Positions 48,566 to 58,720 of a stretch of 64,000 nt of DNA are shown here, piece by piece (the stretch's first letter is position 1; every line of letters begins with the position of its first letter). Position numbers and translations under genes: made by a program. The notes below the pieces were generated by a model that saw only the letters and a list, made by a program, of their open reading frames with translations, was not told the origin of the DNA and ran no database searches. Source of the DNA: Candidatus Bathyarchaeum tardum (GTDB lineage: Archaea; Thermoproteota; Bathyarchaeia; Bathyarchaeales; Bathyarchaeaceae); the NCBI GenBank assembly GCA_024650005.2, contig CP122380.1:1792001-1856000 (forward strand), read 5' to 3'.

Positions 48566-50383
48566 TTATGAAGCGATTACCCCGTCTTCAATTTTGATTT
48601 GTCTTTCTGCATAGTCAGCGATATCCTCTTCATGGGTAATGATAATAATCGTGGTTTTTGTTTCCTCGTGGAATTTTTTGAGCAGGTCCATGACTTGTTT
48701 TCCAGTTACAGAGTCCAAATCTCCGGTTGGTTCATCAGCAAATATTACTGCAGGACGATTAGTTAAAGCTCGGGCGATTGCTACCCGTTGCATTTGCCCA
48801 CCGCTCAGGGTCGCTGGATACTGTTCAGCTTGATTGCTCAATCCAACTCCCTCCAGTAAGTTTTCGATGCGGTCTTTGAGGTCTTTGCTTAAGCCTGCAA
48901 GGTCTGCAGGTAATGCTATGTTTTCACGGGCGCTAAAGTGAGGCAACAGTGCATAACTTTGGAATATGAAGCCCATCTCTTTTAATCTGGCTTTTGATTT
49001 TGATTCGTCACCCATTTGGTGAAGGTTTTCACCCCTGAACAGAACTACCCCATAATCTGGGCTGTCAAGACCAGCAATGCAATTTAGAAGTGTAGTTTTT
49101 CCTGCTCCCGAGTTTCCTACAATTGCGACAAATTCGCCTTCTTTGATGTCAAGGTTTACGCCTCGGAGGGCATACACTGTTGTTTGTCCAAGATTGTAGT
49201 TTTTAGTTAATCCTCGCACTGCTATTATGTTGTCTGTGTGCAGGTCTGTTACTTCGACGTTTTGGGTGTTAAACACCTGCTTGTTGAAAGTAAAGTATGG
49301 AAGGTCAACCCCGAAAAAGTCGGACCACATTTTTAGAAGTTCAGCTTCAACAAACAAGTCAGTGCTCAGTTCGGCAAGAGGCAATAAAGCATTCTTGAAT
49401 TGGTCATTTGATTCTACTGTTCTGATTCCATTTTTGTGTTCATCCAAGTAATCTCGAAGATGAATCTGGCACTGCTGAACCTTGTTATGAACTTCACGAA
49501 GCAACGTTTTTCCCTGTTCAATTTCTGACGCTAGTTCTTTCAAGGCTATGCTGAACTCTATCGATTCATTATTTATTTTGTGGGGAATCAATGATTTTTG
49601 GGGAACTTGGAATAAATTAAAAATTCTAGAAAGCAGATTGTCTATGTCCTGTAGGGCACTGAGTTTTGCTGCCAAAATCCTCAAAAACAGCTCCAGTTTT
49701 TTTTGCAATTTTGGATTTTTTGTCTTGTAATGAGACCCTGAAACACCCAGTTCCAATCTTTCAAGGATGCTGTCCAGTTCTTTTAGTCGAATGATTGTTG
49801 GTTTCATGAAAACAGCAAAAAAGTTTGCTATAATCAGTTTGTCAACTAATTCTTCTACGTTTAGTTGGGTTTGGGTAGTTGAGCCAGTAAATGTTGGATC
49901 ATCAAAACCAGAAAGATAAAAACGGTATTCTTGGGTTTCTGCAAAATCCCATGCGGTAACATAACTTTTCAGTTGGATTTCACGGTGGGTAGACGGCAAT
50001 TCTTTAATTATTTTTTTGAGGTGTGAATCAAAAATTTTCACAAGATTTGGGTCAATCTCTCGAATAAAGTCCTTAACTATCTTTGAGGTTTCTCGCAGTT
50101 CTTGGTCGTCTTTAAGATGTTGTCGCAGCCTAGACTCGTTATCTGCATAATATTTTTTGAATTGCCAATAAACCCTTCCGGTCTCAACAAAGTCAACAAC
50201 TTTCTGGTCCACAGTTCCATCCTTTTGTCCACTCAAGACAATGAAAGCATTCAATTCTTGGCTAGACATGGCCTTGCCCGAAACGTGCAGAGCTTTTTTG
50301 CATTCCGAAACCAGCTTCTTTTGAAGTTTTGCATTGATTGACCGCAAAGTTTTGTCGATTAATCCTGCTGCGTAAACTTGCAT
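48566..50383 (-). CDS. ABC transporter ATP-binding protein (LolD/MacB-type) with large N-terminal extension
   Basis: C-terminal GNSGAGKTT, LSGGQMQR, FADEPTGDLD, ITH; the first ~385 aa are unrecognised. Confidence 0.85.
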   Translation of the reverse strand: MQVYAAGLIDKTLRSINAKLQKKLVSECKKALHVSGKAMSSQELNAFIVLSGQKDGTVDQKVVDFVETGRVYWQFKKYYADNESRLRQHLKDDQELRETSKIVKDFIREIDPNLVKIFDSHLKKIIKELPSTHREIQLKSYVTAWDFAETQEYRFYLSGFDDPTFTGSTTQTQLNVEELVDKLIIANFFAVFMKPTIIRLKELDSILERLELGVSGSHYKTKNPKLQKKLELFLRILAAKLSALQDIDNLLSRIFNLFQVPQKSLIPHKINNESIEFSIALKELASEIEQGKTLLREVHNKVQQCQIHLRDYLDEHKNGIRTVESNDQFKNALLPLAELSTDLFVEAELLKMWSDFFGVDLPYFTFNKQVFNTQNVEVTDLHTDNIIAVRGLTKNYNLGQTTVYALRGVNLDIKEGEFVAIVGNSGAGKTTLLNCIAGLDSPDYGVVLFRGENLHQMGDESKSKARLKEMGFIFQSYALLPHFSARENIALPADLAGLSKDLKDRIENLLEGVGLSNQAEQYPATLSGGQMQRVAIARALTNRPAVIFADEPTGDLDSVTGKQVMDLLKKFHEETKTTIIIITHEEDIADYAERQIKIEDGVIAS

Positions 50384-51153
50384 TAGGCTTCCTCCTCAGT
50401 TGTGAAAGGTCCATATTCGATGTTGGAAACTTTTCCGTCATTCATATGAACAATATAGTCACATTGTTCAGCAATCCATCGGTTATGAGTTACAAGAACC
50501 AGAGTTTGCCTGTTAATCTTGTTAATTCTACGAAACAGGTTCATAACATCTGCACTTGTCGTAGAGTCCAAGTCACCTGTTGGTTCATCACCAAGAATGA
50601 TTGACGGTTCAGTAATCAGGGCACGGGCAACTGCTATTCTTTGTTGTTGACCGCCGGAAAGTTCTGAAGGTTTATGGTATAACCTGTCACCCATCCCTAG
50701 TTCCCTTAGAATCATTTTTGCTTGTTCACGGGCTACTCCTGATTTCATTCCTTTCAGCAGGAGTGGGGTTTCCACGTTTTCTACTGCTGACAAGAACGGG
50801 AACAGATTGAATAACTGAAAAATGAACCCAATTTTGTCTCTTCGAAAACTGGTCATTTTGCCGTCCGAAAGGGTAGCAGTATCAATGGTGTCAATGATGA
50901 TTTGACCGTCTGAATGGCGGTCTAGGTGACCTATCATGTTCAATAGGGTTGTTTTCCCACATCCCGATGGTCCCATAATTGCCATCATGTCTCCTTTGTT
51001 GACAGTGAGGTCTAGCCCACGGATGGCGTGGACTTCATTTGATTTTCCTTCAGAGTAGCGTTTATGTAAACCAGAGATAACCAGAATTGGTTCTTTGTTT
51101 TTGGTAACTGAATTTTGTTTTTGCTTGTTTTCTGTTGATGACATTTTTCTCAC
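50383..51153 (-). CDS. ABC transporter ATP-binding protein (LolD/MacB-type)
   Basis: GPSGCGKTT, LSGGQQQR, GDEPTGDLD, VTH. Confidence 0.93.
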   Translation of the reverse strand: MRKMSSTENKQKQNSVTKNKEPILVISGLHKRYSEGKSNEVHAIRGLDLTVNKGDMMAIMGPSGCGKTTLLNMIGHLDRHSDGQIIIDTIDTATLSDGKMTSFRRDKIGFIFQLFNLFPFLSAVENVETPLLLKGMKSGVAREQAKMILRELGMGDRLYHKPSELSGGQQQRIAVARALITEPSIILGDEPTGDLDSTTSADVMNLFRRINKINRQTLVLVTHNRWIAEQCDYIVHMNDGKVSNIEYGPFTTEEEA

Positions 51154-54100
51154 CTAACCTACATACCTCAACGCTTCTGCGGGAGGAATTCTTGACGCAA
51201 ACCATCCTGGAATTGCTCCAGCAGCCAAAGCAATCAAAGTGATAAAGCCCAAATACACAGCTATATCATTCCATGGAATTATCAGGGCAGTTCCTTGCAT
51301 GTTTGCAAATCCTACACCAATGAGTACGCCGTTGGCTACTCCGATGAGTAAACCGATTACACCTAGCACTACTAGTTCGAGTAATACAGATATCATGACT
51401 TGGCTTCGGGGGAAGCCGATTGCACGCATCATGCCAATTTCGCGTTTTCGTTCTGAAACGTTACGGACTGAAATTACTGCCATTCCAACAGCCCCGATGC
51501 CTAAACCGAATGTGACATATATTTGCAAAAACGAAACAACTCGGTTCACCATTTCTAGTGAGGATTCAACCTTTGAGTATAGAACAGTTGAACTTGCAAC
51601 GTAGAAGTTGTCACTGGCTAAGTCTCGGTATCCTTCATCGTTTGTGTTTGTGAATTCTTCGATCGATTGGGCGATTGACGCGAGTTCTGGATCGTTCATT
51701 TCATAACTTGTTTTGATCAAGAAGTAATCATACTGGTCAGGGGCGCGTGAGGTTGAAGTTACACCATCTGCTTCTCCTAAGAAGTTGGTTTGGTTTGCCC
51801 AGTATTCTGTGAAGTATATTTTTCCAAGGAGGTCAACGTAATCAAAACTTCCTCCAGAAGTTAGACTGCTTATGCTGACTGAAGATAATGGGAATCCTCC
51901 AGCACGGCTACCGTCTAATCGTCCTGCTATGGTAAAGGCTTGGTATGCTGGCACTCCAAATGCGGAAGTGTTCATTGGCACCCAAATCTGCATTCCTAAG
52001 GGCAAAATGAAGGAATCCGTGAATACCACTGGATTTTTGATAACTGTTCCGTTGTCATACCGTAATACTTCAACGTCTTTTAACTTGTTACCGCTGTATC
52101 CGCCTAATCCTGAAAGGTCTATGTCGTCCAGTTCTCGGTCTTCTGCGAGAAGTTCCGCGATGGTTACATTGTATGCTGCCATGGTGAATGCTGGATCAAA
52201 GAACAGATCCCAAGCTTCTTTAGACATTTCAAGGAGTTTTGCATCTGTTACGTCATCTGTGCCGTCTGGTTGTGTAACGCCGTCAGGGAAACCACTTAGA
52301 TAGAAATCGTAACGCCAATCAGAAACAGAAGCATCAGTTGCGTTTCCTCGGATTTGTTCAGAAGTAATTTCTCCATACCCAATAGGTAACAAGTCTGTTT
52401 GAGCATTGAATTCTGGAGAATATGGATTACTTACCGCCAAAAACTTCTGATAATCTGTAATTGTGCTGAAGGTCTTAAACGGAATTATGTCTGTTATCTG
52501 GTCGTTTAGTTTGTACAATTCTTCAACATATGATGTTCCAGCAATTTGAGCTTCGGGTTTGTTTAGGAACACTATGAGGTCTATTCCTCGAGAGTCTTCT
52601 TCAGTTTCCATTACGGAACTTAAGTTAGTTGGAACCAAAGTCGCAACTGTTACGTTCAAAGTCATTATTACTGCAAAGATTGCAAAAGTCAAAGTTGAAC
52701 GTGACTTATGAGATGAAATCAGTGAGGGCGCAATTTGTCCCACTCCTTTTAATCCCCTGAGTTTAACCAGTAAACTTCGTAGTCCATTCATTATTATGGA
52801 TAGGTTTGCTGAAACTAGCATTACCGACCCGATTATGATTTCCATTACGCCTATCATCAGAATATTTTGGGCTAGTCTGGAAACGTCTTCTATCCATTCT
52901 CCCATTGCTACAGTAAACAGAAACATGGGTATTGCCCAGATTGCAATTGCGGTTATGTTCAGTGCCTTTGTTTTGCTGATATACCGTGAAAGTACAACTC
53001 CTAGACCTGAAAACAGCAAGAAGGTTCCAATCAGAATGTTTTGCCACTCCTCTACGCTGTTCCAGCCTTCAGTGAGCCAGATTGCTTGGTGGCTGTCATC
53101 AATGACTCCGTAAAACAATAAAACAGCAGTTCCTGCAATTATGGTTAATACGCCTAACAATGTCAAGTTTCGTCCAGATTTTTCTTCAAAAGAACTTTTG
53201 ATTCCGCGCAATGCATCTACAATGTTGACACGGGACGCTCTTAACGCAGGAAGTATACCTGTTATTATTCCAAGGCCAACACCAACTAATACGGATAAAA
53301 CTACAACTTGTTCAGAAACAACAGGTTGGACACTAAGTCTTCCTGTGCCAAACAAGTTTACAAGATACAGGGCAACACCTTGACCGAAAGCTAATCCGCC
53401 TGCCAGCCCAAATATGCCGCCTAAGATTCCTTGGAACACGTTTTCGATTAAGATTGATTGGAAGATTCCTCCACGGTTTTCTCCGACGGCTCTTAGAACT
53501 CCTGTTTGGAATTCGCGGTCTTCGACGTTCATTAGTTGAACGTTAGTAATGAGCAAAATACCTGTTACCATAATTAACATTCCAAGGGCGCCTAACATGG
53601 TGCTAAGTAGCGTCATGATTATTGATGCAATGTTGAAAAATGTCAAACGGTTAGAAGTAACAGTGTAAGTATCGGGGGGCATGACTGCCTCAAACAGGTC
53701 TATTTGTTCTTGAAGGTAATCTTCGTCAATTTCTGTTGTGAAGTGATCAGTTTTTAGGGCAACCAAATATGAGCCTATGGTATCTGTTTCACGTGTTGGG
53801 TCTTGTAGGCTCCGCCATTGCTGCAAATTTTCGAGACCCATAATCATTCCCCGATACCGAGAACCGATTCCAGGACGGTTGGAATCATAGATTCCTGCAA
53901 TAGTCATTTCAACCCTATCAGTGGAGTAGGTAGGAATTGCAGTGAAATTGCCGGTTATTGGATCAATGTTGATTGTTAAAGTAAGATTTGTGAATTCTGT
54001 AGTTAACGAAATTGGAAGAGTGAAATCTTTATCTAACCCGAGATTTTCTGCCAATCTGCTTGACAACAAAACGGTTGTGTTATCAACCAAATAGTCACCA

Positions 54101-54513
54101 ATGTCCATCTTATCTCCTGTTTTCCAGTCATAAAATGAACCAAACACGTCAGAAAAATCGGTGGATATTCCGGCAAGTTCTGTTGAAGCATCAAACTGGG
54201 AACCCAACATTACAGGAACTTTCATTTTTAACTCCGACATTATTCCCACCGCATTCGGAGCTAAGGAACTGATTTTTTGTTCGTCTGCAACTGTTAAATA
54301 ACCACCCGTGGTTGCGTTTGCTACACTGAAGTCGACTTCGCCTTCATTTTGAAGCAAACTGGTAAGAAACGTATTTTGTAAGGTGTCTGTTGTGATTTGT
54401 ATTCCAACAAGTAATGTTACCCCCAAAGTTACTGCAAGTATGGCGCTCAAGTTCTTGGTTTTTCGTCTCCACAACGAGCGCCTTGCAACCATGAAACTAG
54501 ATTTAAGACCCAT
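51154..54513 (-). CDS. FtsX-like ABC permease, duplicated, with large extracytoplasmic domains
   Basis: Two FtsX motifs (VEDREFQTGVLRAVG; VSERKREIGMMRAIG); ends ASRIPPAEALRY. Confidence 0.9.
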   Translation of the reverse strand: MGLKSSFMVARRSLWRRKTKNLSAILAVTLGVTLLVGIQITTDTLQNTFLTSLLQNEGEVDFSVANATTGGYLTVADEQKISSLAPNAVGIMSELKMKVPVMLGSQFDASTELAGISTDFSDVFGSFYDWKTGDKMDIGDYLVDNTTVLLSSRLAENLGLDKDFTLPISLTTEFTNLTLTINIDPITGNFTAIPTYSTDRVEMTIAGIYDSNRPGIGSRYRGMIMGLENLQQWRSLQDPTRETDTIGSYLVALKTDHFTTEIDEDYLQEQIDLFEAVMPPDTYTVTSNRLTFFNIASIIMTLLSTMLGALGMLIMVTGILLITNVQLMNVEDREFQTGVLRAVGENRGGIFQSILIENVFQGILGGIFGLAGGLAFGQGVALYLVNLFGTGRLSVQPVVSEQVVVLSVLVGVGLGIITGILPALRASRVNIVDALRGIKSSFEEKSGRNLTLLGVLTIIAGTAVLLFYGVIDDSHQAIWLTEGWNSVEEWQNILIGTFLLFSGLGVVLSRYISKTKALNITAIAIWAIPMFLFTVAMGEWIEDVSRLAQNILMIGVMEIIIGSVMLVSANLSIIMNGLRSLLVKLRGLKGVGQIAPSLISSHKSRSTLTFAIFAVIMTLNVTVATLVPTNLSSVMETEEDSRGIDLIVFLNKPEAQIAGTSYVEELYKLNDQITDIIPFKTFSTITDYQKFLAVSNPYSPEFNAQTDLLPIGYGEITSEQIRGNATDASVSDWRYDFYLSGFPDGVTQPDGTDDVTDAKLLEMSKEAWDLFFDPAFTMAAYNVTIAELLAEDRELDDIDLSGLGGYSGNKLKDVEVLRYDNGTVIKNPVVFTDSFILPLGMQIWVPMNTSAFGVPAYQAFTIAGRLDGSRAGGFPLSSVSISSLTSGGSFDYVDLLGKIYFTEYWANQTNFLGEADGVTSTSRAPDQYDYFLIKTSYEMNDPELASIAQSIEEFTNTNDEGYRDLASDNFYVASSTVLYSKVESSLEMVNRVVSFLQIYVTFGLGIGAVGMAVISVRNVSERKREIGMMRAIGFPRSQVMISVLLELVVLGVIGLLIGVANGVLIGVGFANMQGTALIIPWNDIAVYLGFITLIALAAGAIPGWFASRIPPAEALRYVG

Positions 54514-54524
54514 GTTCTATTCCT

Positions 54525-55082
54525 CTAAATTATTGCCTGCGGTTTGGTTTTTTCTTGGATTCTTTCGAAAATTATTTCAAGTCCGTCCGCACATTTATTC
54601 AAAAGTTTTTCGATTTGTTTTTCATCTTGTTCGGTTAGTTTGATTTTGGCTTGACGAAGGTCCAAAAGCTTTGCAACCACTCTTTGAGCAGGTTTTCTGG
54701 TTCCTGACAATATTTTTTCGTCATTAGGATCAAAACGGAACCCGCCGATAAGCAAAGGGACTATAAACTCGAGTTTATTCAACAGTTTTTGTCCAAAATT
54801 TACCTGTTTTTCGAAGAACTGTTTTCCTTTTGATGTGATAGCGTATCTTTTGATTCCTGTGTCTTCACTGGGTTCTTCGACGGTGTAACCTCTTTCCTGT
54901 AGTTTGGCTAGAAGGGGGTAAACTGAACCTGAACTTGGTTTCCATCGCCCATTTGTTTCTGCTTCAATTACTTCAACAATTTCTACGCCTGACATGGGTT
55001 TGTTCATGAGCATGTTTATGACCAAAAACCGTAACAGGCCACGCGGAACTCCGCTTGTTCTTGTTGTCCACCCTTGACTCAT
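54525..55082 (-). CDS. PadR family transcriptional regulator
   Basis: RGLLRFLV, PMSGVEI, WKPSSGSVYPLL, KRYAITSKG. Confidence 0.9.
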   Translation of the reverse strand: MSQGWTTRTSGVPRGLLRFLVINMLMNKPMSGVEIVEVIEAETNGRWKPSSGSVYPLLAKLQERGYTVEEPSEDTGIKRYAITSKGKQFFEKQVNFGQKLLNKLEFIVPLLIGGFRFDPNDEKILSGTRKPAQRVVAKLLDLRQAKIKLTEQDEKQIEKLLNKCADGLEIIFERIQEKTKPQAII

Positions 55083-55092
55083 CGTATCACCA

Positions 55093-55114
55093 GTGATGTC
55101 GCTAAAGACATCAC
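55093..55114. promoter_or_regulatory. PadR-type operator (perfect inverted repeat)
   Basis: GTGATGTC-gctaaa-GACATCAC, containing ATGT-N8-ACAT, between TATA-like GTTAAATA (55128-55121, minus) and the padR start. Confidence 0.75.
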
Positions 55115-55300
55115 AAGCGATATTTAACTGTTATTGCAGTTACGTCCATAGGCATAATTAGTATTAACAATTTAATACTTAATTTTTTGCTTTTTATTCT
55201 AAATGGTTATTTCAAAATTTTTTGTAAACAGTTTTAAGTTACACAAATTCAAGTATACTTATAGAAAACATGAAAACCTGCATGTAACTAACAACTGTAG

Positions 55301-55852
55301 ATGTTGTCTGGACGGTTAACATTAATGATAGAGCCAAAGCAACTAATAAAAGAAAATAAGTTTGTTGGCGTTGACTTTGAAAAATGCACAGGCTGCCGAG
55401 TTTGTGAGCTTGTTTGTGCCCTGCAAAAAGAGAATAGTTTTGACCCTAAACTTTCCAGAATCAAGGTTTTGCGTTTACATCAACTGGTTAACTTGCCGGT
55501 AGCATGCAGGCTCTGTGACGATGCTCCATGTGTTCGGGCATGCCCTAGGGATGCTTTGAGTCAAGACGAAAAAACTGGAGTAATTTCTGTGGATGACTCT
55601 AAATGTGACATGTGCGGCTGGTGCATCGAAGCTTGCAAGTATGGTGCCATGTTTTTGAGTGAAGACAAAAAAACAGTTAAAGTCTGTGACCTTTGCGAAG
55701 GAATCCCCCAATGCATTGAGTGGTGTCCTGAATCTGCATTAAGTTTGATGACTCAAGAAGAGTTTGATGAAAAAACGCGAAAGGCTACAGTTAAAAAATT
55801 GATCCCACAAACATGGAAAGGTGAACAAAATGTCCCTTCTGAAAAAGCTTGA
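55301..55852 (+). CDS. 4Fe-4S dicluster protein (DmsB/HycB-like electron transfer subunit)
   Basis: CTGCRVCELVC, CRLCDDAPCVRACP, CDMCGWCIEAC, CDLC..CIEWCP. Confidence 0.9.
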   Translation: MLSGRLTLMIEPKQLIKENKFVGVDFEKCTGCRVCELVCALQKENSFDPKLSRIKVLRLHQLVNLPVACRLCDDAPCVRACPRDALSQDEKTGVISVDDSKCDMCGWCIEACKYGAMFLSEDKKTVKVCDLCEGIPQCIEWCPESALSLMTQEEFDEKTRKATVKKLIPQTWKGEQNVPSEKA

Positions 55853-56120
55853 AGAATTAGGTTACAAGCCAAAAAAAGCTGAAGAAAAAGAAGATACCAG
55901 TGCTGAAACAGAAGATATCTTAAAGAACATTAAAAACAGTGAAACCAAACAGCAGATTTTGAATTTGTTGCTTGAAGCCCTTTCTGAAACAGATCCCCGA
56001 GAAATCCTTGTTTACGGAATGTACGTCAAAAAATATTTCAGCCCAATAATCGGGGGCAAACAAAAAGACAACATCGAAAAAACTTTAGAGCTACTAATAG
56101 AAACCCTAAACAAGCAATGA
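55830..56120 (+). CDS. Hypothetical protein
   Basis: GGTGA RBS before ATG 55830; overlaps the end of the Fe-S gene. Confidence 0.6.
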   Translation: MSLLKKLEELGYKPKKAEEKEDTSAETEDILKNIKNSETKQQILNLLLEALSETDPREILVYGMYVKKYFSPIIGGKQKDNIEKTLELLIETLNKQ

Positions 56121-56354
56121 ACGTGCTAGTCGCAATAGCTTTTGTGGTGTATTTTTCTGAAAAAATTGTTTTCAATATAGCCCCGTTATTAAGTATCATA
56201 CTAGTGTTCGAACAGCAGTTGAATGTTGAAAAACAGATTTTTCTGAATTTTTCTGCACAGCACACAACTAAGTCCATAGTTCACACTTCTGTGCAAAACA
56301 TACGTATTCAAATAGTATAGTTTATTGTTAGATTTTGTCTGGCAGGTTAGTCGA

Positions 56355-56813
56355 ATGAATCCGGTTGTTGTTTTTTCATCAAAGGGGGGCAACACAGAAA
56401 ATGTTGCCCGAGAAATTGCCCAAGAATTAAACTGTGAAGCCATAAAACTTTCTGAAGAACCAGATTTTTCAAAAGGTCAACTCAAAGATTATAACATGGT
56501 TTTTCTTGGCACTTGGGTTCGGGGCGGGCATGCAAGTCATGAGATGATTAAGTTTTTAGAACAATTGAATTTTGGAGATAGCAACAGACAATTCGCCCTT
56601 TTCATGACATGGGCAGGGGGCGGCAAAAGTGATGCTTGGACATTTATGAAAGTAAAAGATATTCTCCAAGCAAAAAATCAAAAATTACTTCCAGACTACT
56701 ACAGATGCTTCGGCAAAACCTTTGGCTTCGCCAGAAAAGGTCACCCAAATAAACAAGAATTAACAGAGTCCAGAAAATGGGCAAAAAATTTGGTTGACCA
56801 AGAAATTGAATAA
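56355..56813 (+). CDS. Flavodoxin family protein
   Basis: FSSKGGNTENVAREIA, FLGTW, FMTWAG, GHP. Confidence 0.85.
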   Translation: MNPVVVFSSKGGNTENVAREIAQELNCEAIKLSEEPDFSKGQLKDYNMVFLGTWVRGGHASHEMIKFLEQLNFGDSNRQFALFMTWAGGGKSDAWTFMKVKDILQAKNQKLLPDYYRCFGKTFGFARKGHPNKQELTESRKWAKNLVDQEIE

Positions 56814-56864
56814 GCCGAGGATGTTCTCACTAAGTAATGGAACAAAATTTGGTGTATTAAGGAG

Positions 56865-57260
56865 TTGGGTTGTATGAAGGAAAAATTTTGTACAGCAATA
56901 AATTGTATGGATGGGAGGATTCAGCTTCCAGTGATTAATTATTTGAAGTCCAAGTTAAAACTAGATTTTGTTGACGTTATTACTGTTCCAGGTCCAAACA
57001 AAATTTTGTCGGAAGGATTAGACACTCAAACAATTGAAAAAATAAAGAGTTGTGTTGAAATTTCGGTGAAAAAACATGGTTCGGGGGTTGTTGCGTTATC
57101 TGCCCATCATGATTGTGCAGGGAACCCTGTGGGAAAACAGGTTCAACTAGAACAGCTTTTGTCTTCAGTTGAAGTAGTTAAATCTTGGAATTTTAACGTC
57201 AAACTTGTTGTTTTATGGATTGACAAAAACTGGGAAATAAAGGAATTATCCATAGAATAA
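56865..57260 (+). CDS. Putative beta-class-like carbonic anhydrase
   Basis: NCMDGRIQ, ITVPG, HHDCAGN zinc-ligand pattern. Confidence 0.75.
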   Translation: MGCMKEKFCTAINCMDGRIQLPVINYLKSKLKLDFVDVITVPGPNKILSEGLDTQTIEKIKSCVEISVKKHGSGVVALSAHHDCAGNPVGKQVQLEQLLSSVEVVKSWNFNVKLVVLWIDKNWEIKELSIE

Positions 57261-57340
57261 TCTGTATACCAGCAATCCAACTTTACAATACAAGATACGG
57301 GTTCAGAAAGGTTATAGTTTGTGACTAAAAGACTGCCTGT

Positions 57341-58096
57341 TTGCAGGATGTTCCCAGTTTGGTTGGCAAAAATGTTGTTTTTGTTTTGTTCTCCGTTTTT
57401 AGTGTGTTTTTGTTGTGTTCAGGTTTAGTTTTTGCTCAAACTGGAACAGTGGGTGTCAATGAGGGGGATTGGTTCACTTACGGTTTTAGTTTTGATTTTT
57501 ATTCTGAAGATTCTGAAATGGAAATGCCCGAGGATGTTCCTTTTGGTTACTTGGCTGAGGGGGAGGTTATCAGGTTTGATGTTTTGGGGGTTTCGGGTTC
57601 TAATGTTTCGGGTCAGTTTTCTGTAAATTATGAAAACGGAACCCAAGAAGTCATAACTGGTTGGGTTGACGTCGCCACGGGTGAGGGAGAATTTGCCAAT
57701 TGGTTGATTTCTTCGGGTCTTGATGCGGGGGATTTTGTTTATCCGTCAATGATGGATGAAATGATAAACGAAACAGTAATGCTTGAAACCTCTGCAGGTA
57801 TGATAGAAACTAGCCATATTGAATACTCCATGGGAGAACCAGTAGGGGATACTTACTACGTGTTTGGAGTAAACATATACTGGGACCGACAAACAGGAGT
57901 TCTGGTGGAAATGAGTTTTGAGTCAGAAATGATGCTTCTTGGAAACTTAACTACCGCCTCGGGAGGATGGAAACTAACTGGATCAAACATAACAACGATC
58001 CCAGAATTTTTTGCTCCAGCCTTAATCACAACATTTGTAGCGACAACAGTTGCAGTTTTTGTCATCAAAAAAGCAAATTTAATGCAAATCAAGTAG
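57341..58096 (+). CDS. Secreted/surface protein with PEF-CTERM-like sorting signal
   Basis: Signal peptide, GVNEGDWFTY..YWDRQTGVLVE domain, C-terminal IPEF + TM + KK. Confidence 0.75.
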   Translation: MQDVPSLVGKNVVFVLFSVFSVFLLCSGLVFAQTGTVGVNEGDWFTYGFSFDFYSEDSEMEMPEDVPFGYLAEGEVIRFDVLGVSGSNVSGQFSVNYENGTQEVITGWVDVATGEGEFANWLISSGLDAGDFVYPSMMDEMINETVMLETSAGMIETSHIEYSMGEPVGDTYYVFGVNIYWDRQTGVLVEMSFESEMMLLGNLTTASGGWKLTGSNITTIPEFFAPALITTFVATTVAVFVIKKANLMQIK

Positions 58097-58300
58097 TTCT
58101 GTGAATTCTTTTACTTGTTCACGTAACTGTTGAACGTCCGATTCCAAACAATCCAAAATCTTTTGTGCTTTTTGTTTGAGATTTTCAAGTTCCACTAACA
58201 GCTCAATTTTTTCAAGTTGAAGCGTTGAAACCTGTTTTCGAATTTCCCTCAAAGTGCGCATTGGAATAGCCACATCCATGTTGCTTCGAAAAATGTTCAA
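58079..58300 (-). CDS. Small coiled-coil hypothetical protein
   Basis: Leu heptads across about 55 aa; start uncertain. Confidence 0.55.
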   Translation of the reverse strand: MNIFRSNMDVAIPMRTLREIRKQVSTLQLEKIELLVELENLKQKAQKILDCLESDVQQLREQVKEFTELLDLH

Positions 58301-58425
58301 AGCAAGAATCTGATGATAAAAATATCATGAATTGGAGTAAAAACTTTTGCATGGTAAAAATTGATAAATCTTCCAGAAAGCTTTAAGCTACAAATGGAAT
58401 TACCATGTGTTGGGGTAAACACTAG

Positions 58426-58719
58426 TTGAGAATGAGAACAATACTGGCTTATTTTCAGTTAGTGAATTTTTTGGTCATGATTTTTATGACAGTTTTTGTT
58501 TTGTCTACTTATTGGGGACAACTTCAAGACTGGTGGCTACTGCTTTACAGCTACTATGTGATATTGGGATGTTCAGGAGTAATCATTTCAGCATGGATAG
58601 GAATAGACGGTAAACGCCTAGAAAACTATGCAACTAAAATCCGAAAACTCGAACAAAAACTGATAGACCTAGAAAAGAAAATCAGGTTAATTTCTCCCCG
58701 ACAAAAAGAAAAACAGTAA
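58426..58719 (+). CDS. Small membrane protein with C-terminal coiled coil
   Basis: Two TM helices then IRKLEQKLIDLEKK. Confidence 0.6.
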   Translation: MRMRTILAYFQLVNFLVMIFMTVFVLSTYWGQLQDWWLLLYSYYVILGCSGVIISAWIGIDGKRLENYATKIRKLEQKLIDLEKKIRLISPRQKEKQ

Positions 58720-58720
58720 A

